DNA of 40,526 nt, taken from assembly GCF_006345805.1 (NCBI RefSeq), contig NW_021835819.1, forward strand, positions 1 through 40,526, written 5' to 3'. The notes beneath the pieces are model-generated. The model did no database searches. It was not told the DNA's origin and saw only the letters and a list, made by a program, of their open reading frames with translations. Shown here in pieces: positions 33,803-40,526 of this stretch. This DNA is from Octopus sinensis (lineage: Eukaryota). Both the position numbers and the translations under genes were made by a program. How positions within the stretch are numbered: position 1 is the first letter of the stretch; each line of letters opens with the position of its first letter.

Positions 33803-34400
33803 TTAATCCTTTAGCATTTGAACAGGCCACATTTGCTCAAAATATTCTACCTGTTTTATGCTTAAACCAGAAAAATCCGGCCTCTCACACTTACTCTACA
33901 ATGCCGTTCTAAGAGTAAACACTCACATCAATGGGATCTTGAACCTATGATATAATCCTTTTTTAATTCAAAACAGTTTGAATAAATAAGAATTACATTT
34001 GACAGAATAATTCTGTAAGCTAAAAGGTTGACACTTTAGCATTTAAACCAACCGTATTCGGCCTAAATATTCTAACTTTTTATGTTCAAACTGGCCTGGT
34101 CTGGCCTCTTACACTTGCCCTACAATGCAATTCTAAAAACATATAATCACACAATCAAAATCTCAAAGCTGCAATATAACGCATGATTAATTTAAACTAT
34201 TAATTAGCATTACAATTAACAGAGTTAATTGTAATAAATAGAGTTCAACTCTTGAGGATTTAATCTGGCCATATCCAACCCCAAAACGGTGAGATCCAAC
34301 TTCTTACACTTGCCCTACAATGTTACTCTAAAAATAAACAGTCACGTCGAGAAATCTTGAAGCTACAAGCTACTTTGCTTTTATTCCATTTTCCAAAGAA
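33803..34400 (+). mobile_element. Three head-to-tail copies of a ~225-bp TTAA-type (piggyBac-like) MITE
   Basis: Copy 1 has ends TTAA|tcctttagc and gctaaaagg|TTGA. Copy 2 starts at ~34028 and copy 3 at ~34244. All share the internal motif cacacttaccctacaatg..ttctaaaa. Confidence 0.72.
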
Positions 34401-34512
34401 CTTGAGCAAATCAATGATGGAAAATATCTGACATTGTCACACAAAAGACAAACAAAAATACGGATATTTAAGGAAAAAAAAGAAAAACGGAAATTTAAAC
34501 AATTGACCCAAA

Positions 34513-35757
34513 ATGGCCGCTGAAAACACAACACGACATGCGGAAGCTTATTATTTATACCTTATTGCAGGAATTGGACTGTTTTTCAACTCTTTGGTGA
34601 TTCTATGCATCATTTTTAAGAAGTCGCTTCGCCGAATGACCAGTGCATTTTTGGTGCACGCCTGTTTGCTCAATGAGTTCCGCTCTATGTTTTGCATCCT
34701 GTTTGCAAACAACCTCCTCAGCCAGCGCCAACCCAGCAACTGCGACTTGGAGGGTTCCACTTACATCGTCATTATGACGGTTTATACATTTAACATGGTC
34801 GCCATGGTGTGTTGCGAAGCGTACACGTTCGGAGAAACGAACATTGGCGGTGATGCGAAAGGTACGTTCTGCTGTGTGTTGTTCGGACTTGTTATGGTAT
34901 ATATAGGGAGCTTGATATTGCATTTGGGACCCACGCTAATTGGAGGCTACTTCGGTTTTCATCCAGATATTGGAAATTGCTCTTTCATTCTCGGACAAGT
35001 AGAGAGTTATGTTGCTTATACGATGTGGATAGCAATTGTGAGTCTGGCACTGGTTGCCATAGCGCACTATATCTCGAGGTTGTACAAAGAAATACAGGTA
35101 AACCAACCAAATCGTGTCTCCATGTTGGTTCGTTCCTCCATTTGCTTCGCCAATGCGCCAAAGGTTTCGGAGAGCAGCGTACGTGCAATGGTCGACGATT
35201 CCCTGCACCGTGCCAAGCTCTTCATCGCCGTCTCGGTGAGCTTCGCTGCATGCTGGTACCCACTCTTTGCGCTCATCTTGATCGACATGAAATTCCAGGT
35301 GTCGCCGAAAGTCTACCAAGCGTTCAGCTTCATCGCCTGGACACAGTCAGCCATCGAACCCATACTCTACACCTTCCTCGATCGGAAGCTCAACCTGTTC
35401 GTGCGCTACGTGTCCTGCGGCGGGCAACGGAAGTACGACATGGAGACTATAGTGTCACTAATGTCGCAGTATCAACAAGCCGTGGCGCAACAAGACCTGC
35501 CTGACAACGAAACCGGTCAACTGCGCCGCCAACAGCAACAACCACAACAACAACAGCAGCACTACCCCCACCACCACCACCACCATCACCACCATCATCA
35601 CCCACAGCAGCAGCAGCAGCATCGCCTTCGACAACAGGGTTATGCAGTAGATGAGACTGACCAACGGGTCAGCGAGGAATATCCGCTTCCAGAACCTCTC
35701 AGAGATGAACCGCCCCGTGAAACGTACCCCCATCCTGACTATGAGTACCGAGTGTGA
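34513..35757 (+). CDS. Intronless class A (rhodopsin-like) orphan GPCR, 414 aa, SREB (GPR27/85/173)- or GPR88-like, with C-terminal polyQ/polyH
   Basis: Non-repetitive ORF with aaaATGg start context and seven hydrophobic segments. N1.50 (N26), TM3 Cys (C77), ECL2 Cys (GNCSF), TM6 CWYP and TM7 EPILY are present, plus an N-terminal NTT sequon. The TM2 region SLRRMTSAFLVHAC resembles SREB/GPR88 from memory. Orthology is not established. Confidence 0.93.
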   Translation: MAAENTTRHAEAYYLYLIAGIGLFFNSLVILCIIFKKSLRRMTSAFLVHACLLNEFRSMFCILFANNLLSQRQPSNCDLEGSTYIVIMTVYTFNMVAMVCCEAYTFGETNIGGDAKGTFCCVLFGLVMVYIGSLILHLGPTLIGGYFGFHPDIGNCSFILGQVESYVAYTMWIAIVSLALVAIAHYISRLYKEIQVNQPNRVSMLVRSSICFANAPKVSESSVRAMVDDSLHRAKLFIAVSVSFAACWYPLFALILIDMKFQVSPKVYQAFSFIAWTQSAIEPILYTFLDRKLNLFVRYVSCGGQRKYDMETIVSLMSQYQQAVAQQDLPDNETGQLRRQQQQPQQQQQHYPHHHHHHHHHHHPQQQQQHRLRQQGYAVDETDQRVSEEYPLPEPLRDEPPRETYPHPDYEYRV

Positions 35758-36282
35758 GTATGGCAGAGAAGGACAACCACTCACTTTTTCTACTCAAAGG
35801 GTTTTTAAACCTAAGGTTTACATGCTATAATTTATAGCTTTCCTACTTTGAATTCAGCCTTTAAAAACAATTTATTAACAATAATAATAATAATAATAAT
35901 AAACATAACAGCTATACCTGGATCCTCAATACTACACACTATCCAAAAAAAGACACTATTCATCCAGTAATACAACCCAAATGAAACAATCCACTAACAC
36001 AAGTCACACTCTATACAGCAATTGTCCAATGAAATAAACTGTCACCAGCAAGCTAGATAACCAATGCATTACACACTCAACACAATACAAACAGTAATAC
36101 AACAAAAGACTGCGCCGCACCTCAAAAGACAAAAACTGATGCAATACAACACCGGGAAGAGTTTGCACACTCCCAACAAAAGAAAAGAACACATAATGCT
36201 GCACACAGCCCAGCAACATGGAGGTGCAGCAGGTGAAGAGTAGAAATTTACCTGAAACAATGATAATAATAACAATAATAAT

Positions 36283-36712
36283 GCTTTCTTTATTAACCAC
36301 TAAGGCTTCACAAAAAATGATGGGAACAGTACAATGTGGCATTACATGAAAGACATGTAAAAAAAACCAAAAAAAATTACTAAAATACAAATTTTAACAA
36401 AAAATAATTCCCCACTGGAGGGGAACTACCTAGAGCTGCTCATGGAAGCCTACGAAATCACACATGACCTGACCTCTAGAGCAAGTGCCCTCTCCACATC
36501 GTCTGCAGGCGTATGTTTAGAAGAGACACATTCACTCATACCCTTCTTGCCACATTCACCCACTTTAAAACAAAATTTGCCCCTCTACTTTCACTTTCTT
36601 TTTCAAGTGAAACTTGAAAACGTCAATGGCCAAAGAGGGAAGTATCTGTCTTCTGCCCATTCAATATGGTCAACCACACAACCTCTTTTGCCAAGGCCAC
36701 CAAACAAACTGA
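36283..36712 (-). mobile_element. L1/Tx1-like LINE 3' end, longest copy
   Basis: rc translates, with frameshifts and stops, CLVALAKEVVWLT..; FKFHLKKKVKVE; FVLKWVNVARRV*VNVSLLNIRL. Confidence 0.75.
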
Positions 36713-36769
36713 TGATGATGGTAACAACATTAATCCAATAAACCACTGAGGAAGTCTCTACATGGTTGT

Positions 36770-37003
36770 TCAACCTGCTAGATATAGCAGCCAAATCTAC
36801 CTCGAATTACATTCTACAATCTTCAAAGATGACACTGTGGTATAATGTTCAGTGAAGTACATTATACCAGATAAAGCAAACCCCTGCCTCACCCAAAAAA
36901 AATGATAATAATAATAATAATAATATCAAGACAGAATGGTTAAGGCGAGAATGTCTCTGATCATAGGTCTGCTGGATCAGAACTGACCTGGGGTTAAATA
37001 ACA
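36770..37003 (+). mobile_element. SINE-like family D, diverged copy
   Basis: ctgctagatatagcagccaaat ... gatcataggtctgctggatcagaactgacctggggttaaataacaa matches the 129-bp unit. Confidence 0.65.
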
Positions 37004-37084
37004 AAATGCATTGCAATTTTTATTTTACTTTTTTTATTTGGAAATGAGAATACTCAGAATGTACTGAAAGAAAATTGGGAGATC

Positions 37085-37101
37085 GTGTATGTGTGTGTGT
37101 G

Positions 37102-37133
<32 letters not shown>

Positions 37134-37413
37134 CATACATACATCTGTGTATCTATATATATATATACATACATCTGTATATATGTGTATATATATATAT
37201 ATATATATGAAAAATTATGATGAACATGAGTTTATAGCATTTGTTTCCAACATACGTTTCACCATTGTGGTTATTTGCAAACTGGTAATATTACAAAATA
37301 TACAAGTAATCATAACACTTTTACTGGAAGCAGGCTGGACTATGATACTCCACATGAAGCTCAAACTGAACAGTAGCAGTCATGTAGCTAACTGTATTCT
37401 ATATATGTGTATA

Positions 37414-37468
<55 letters not shown>

Positions 37469-37542
37469 TGTGCTCCGACATGGCCACTGTTAAATGACTG
37501 AAACAAGTAAAAGAGCTTATATATGGTGTGCGTGTGTATATA

Positions 37543-37594
<52 letters not shown>

Positions 37595-37630
37595 GTATAT
37601 ATATAAATATATGTATATATATAAATAATG

Positions 37631-37711
<81 letters not shown>

Positions 37712-37753
37712 GTCCAACCCATGCTAGCATGGAAGGCGGATGCTAAATGATGA

Positions 37754-37791
<38 letters not shown>

Positions 37792-38078
37792 AGGGCATAG
37801 GCTTGAAATGGCAAAGACTTTTCCATTTTCCTTGAGTGTCAAACTAATACACCTTATTTGTTGTTCTCTCACCAGTCTCTGTCTTTTGATTTTTTTGTAC
37901 ATTTGAACCGGATATGTGTGTGTGTGTGTGTGTAAGCTAATGAAATTCTTGACTGAATTTCATATTTTCTTTGTCCTTTTAATTGTTTATTGCTGCTCTC
38001 TACTAGACTGACACTTTGTGTTGAAGCATATGCACACCGAGTTCTAATACCAGGTTACAAGTATTGCTATGTGTAAGC

Positions 38079-38115
<37 letters not shown>

Positions 38116-38174
38116 TGATGATAATAACAACAACAAATAATATTAATAATAACGATATGTGTGAAGGGGGGTTC

Positions 38175-38221
<47 letters not shown>

Positions 38222-38416
38222 GTATAATATATATATATATGTATGTATGCATGTATGTATACATATATATATATGTGTATATGCATGTGTGTATGTATAG
38301 ATATATATACTTATGCATGTGTATGCATGTATGTGTGTATATATGTGTGTGCAAAATATACATACAACATACATATATATGTATATATTTACATATGTGT
38401 ATATATATATATGTAA

Positions 38417-38455
<39 letters not shown>

Positions 38456-38780
38456 AATATATACATATATACATATATATATATGTAAATATATGCATAT
38501 ATACATATATATATATGTAAATATATGCATATATACATAATATATATGTAAATATATGCATATATACATATATATATATGTAAATATATGCATTATACAT
38601 ATATATATATGTAAATATATGCATATATACAGATATATATATGTAATATATGCATATATACATATATATATATGTAAATATATGCATATATATATATTAT
38701 ATAATATATATATATATATATAATATATATATGTATATATACACACACACACATACCCACATATATCTATGTATATTAGC
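37085..38780. repeat. (TA)/(TG)/(AAT) microsatellite field with small family A, family M and HH-B fragments
   Basis: Fragments at ~37480-37515 (A tail), 37710-37757 (M tail) and 37791-37900 (HH-B lacking its core). Confidence 0.88.
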
Positions 38781-39168
38781 AAACAAAGTTACAAAGAACA
38801 CAATGGATAACTCTGTTTCCCAATAAACGCTCATGGTTATATGATATGATTAAAAGATTCAAAGCAGAACAAAAGGTATGTGCATGTGCTTCAATACCCA
38901 TGAAAGATGACTCTATCAAAATGCCACAAAATCAATAATAATAATAATAATAACTACAACAATCACCAGTTAAAAAAAGCACGGTCACAGCTTCCTCTTC
39001 GTGCTGTTACGGGAGTGAAAAAAGGGAGTTATAGAAAAGTAATTAATAATTAATACTAATGAACCTGAACCTTAATTAAAATTGAATGTAACAATATAGA
39101 TAGAATATTCCCTAAAATATACAAACAGACTTTATGAAATCTATAGATTAATATTTCATAGTCACAGA

Positions 39169-39399
39169 GGCAACAAGCTGGCAGAAACGCTAGCAGGCCG
39201 GGCAAAATGCGTAGCCGTATTTCGTCTGCCGTTACGTTATGAGTTCAAATTCCGCTGAGGTCGAGTTTGCCTTTCATCATTTCGAGGTCGATTAAATAAG
39301 TACCAGTTACGCACTGGGGTCGATATAATCGACTTGATCCCTTTGTCTGTCCTTGTTTGTCCCCTCTGTGTTTAGCCCCTTGTGGGTAGTAAAGAAATA
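39169..39399 (+). mobile_element. SINE family C, full length
   Basis: Matches 7911-8124. Confidence 0.88.
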
Positions 39400-39422
39400 T
39401 ATGTAATCCCTCTCTCTCTCTC

Positions 39423-39457
<35 letters not shown>

Positions 39458-39458
39458 T

Positions 39459-39490
<32 letters not shown>

Positions 39491-39572
39491 TATAAATATA
39501 TATATATATAAATATATACATATTGATTATATATATATATGTGTGTGTTGTATAATATATATATATAACATA

Positions 39573-39790
39573 GGGGCAGGAGTGGCTGTGTGATAAGCAG
39601 CTTGCTTGCAGACTACATGGTTCCAGGTTCAGTCCCACTGCGTGGCACCTTGGGCAAGTGTCCTCTACTAAAGCTTCAGGTCAGCTCAGAGCTAGGGTAG
39701 AAGACACTTGCCTAGGGTATCATGCAGTGGGGGAGTGAACCTGGAACCAAGTGGTTGGGCAGCAAGCTAGCTCCTTACCACACAGCCATA
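39573..39790. mobile_element. Two family A heads in inverted orientation
   Basis: Arms 39582-39669 (+) and 39696-39790 (-). Confidence 0.85.
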
Positions 39791-40291
39791 GCTACACCTG
39801 TATTTTATTTCATCGAACTCAATAAGGATGATAACACCAAGTCAACCTGGTAGGATTTGAACTCAGAATGTAGAGGACCGTAACTACATAAACTAGACAT
39901 TTTATCTGACCAATGGTACTAATATTGATATCTACCATACGATTGGATAGAACCAAAATTATTTGCAAGAGAGGACCTCAAAAAATAGTGACCATCACCT
40001 TATCCACCATGCCAGAGGTACAAAACTGAAGGGTGTCCTCCCCACCCATGAAGGGTGGGCATGGGAAGATTTTAGCAATGGGAGTGCAGATGACTACCAA
40101 CCTTGTGGCTTTTTAATAATCTAATCTAATATTTTTGAACCGCCTTCATGAAAAAATATGTCTGTTTTTTTAATATTGATCTAATAAATTTCTTTCATTT
40201 TTGTAGACGTTTTAAAACCAAGTTTTAATTGAAAAAGACAACGTTTTTTATTGAGAATAAAATTGTACATCTTGTTATTGTTAAACACCTC

Positions 40292-40526
40292 TTACTCTTT
40301 TACTTGTTTCAGTCATTTGACTGCGGCCATGCTGGAGCACCGCCTTTAGTCGAGCACACTCGACCCCGGCACTTATTCTTTGTAAGCCCAGTACTTATTC
40401 TATCGGTCTCTTTTACCGAACCGCTAAGTGACGGGACGTAAACACACCAGCATCGGTTGTCAAGCAATGCTAGGGGGACAAAAACACAGACAACACAAAA
40501 CACACATACATATATATTATATACAT
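40292..40526 (-). mobile_element. SINE family A tail, cut by window edge
   Basis: ttacttgtttcagtcatttgactgcggccatgctggagcaccgcc... Confidence 0.9.

Overview
Eukaryotic, AT-rich, extremely microsatellite-dense genomic DNA. It is most likely coleoid cephalopod (Octopus-like); this is inferred from the tRNA-derived SINE families and repeat landscape, not from a database match. The only well-supported gene is an intronless class A orphan GPCR (34513-35757, +) with degenerate activation motifs and a polyQ/polyH tail. The rest consists of: (1) at least six dispersed SINE-type families, labelled here A, C, D, M, OR-type and CORE-like; (2) short Penelope-type fragments carrying minimal type I hammerhead ribozyme folds; (3) 3' ends of L1/Tx1-like and R4/Dong-like LINEs nested in (TAA)n tracts; (4) a TTAA-type MITE trimer just upstream of the GPCR; (5) tandem arrays of 26, 33, 63, 129, 157, 262, ~300 and 357 bp, several of which derive from SINE sub-segments. 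Nearly all ORFs in the supplied track are repeat artefacts. The best candidates for new biology are the paired variant-core hammerheads, the SINE-derived satellites and the (TAA)n retroelement nest. Repeat boundaries are approximate (+/-10-20 bp), and family names recalled from the literature need a Dfam/Repbase check.
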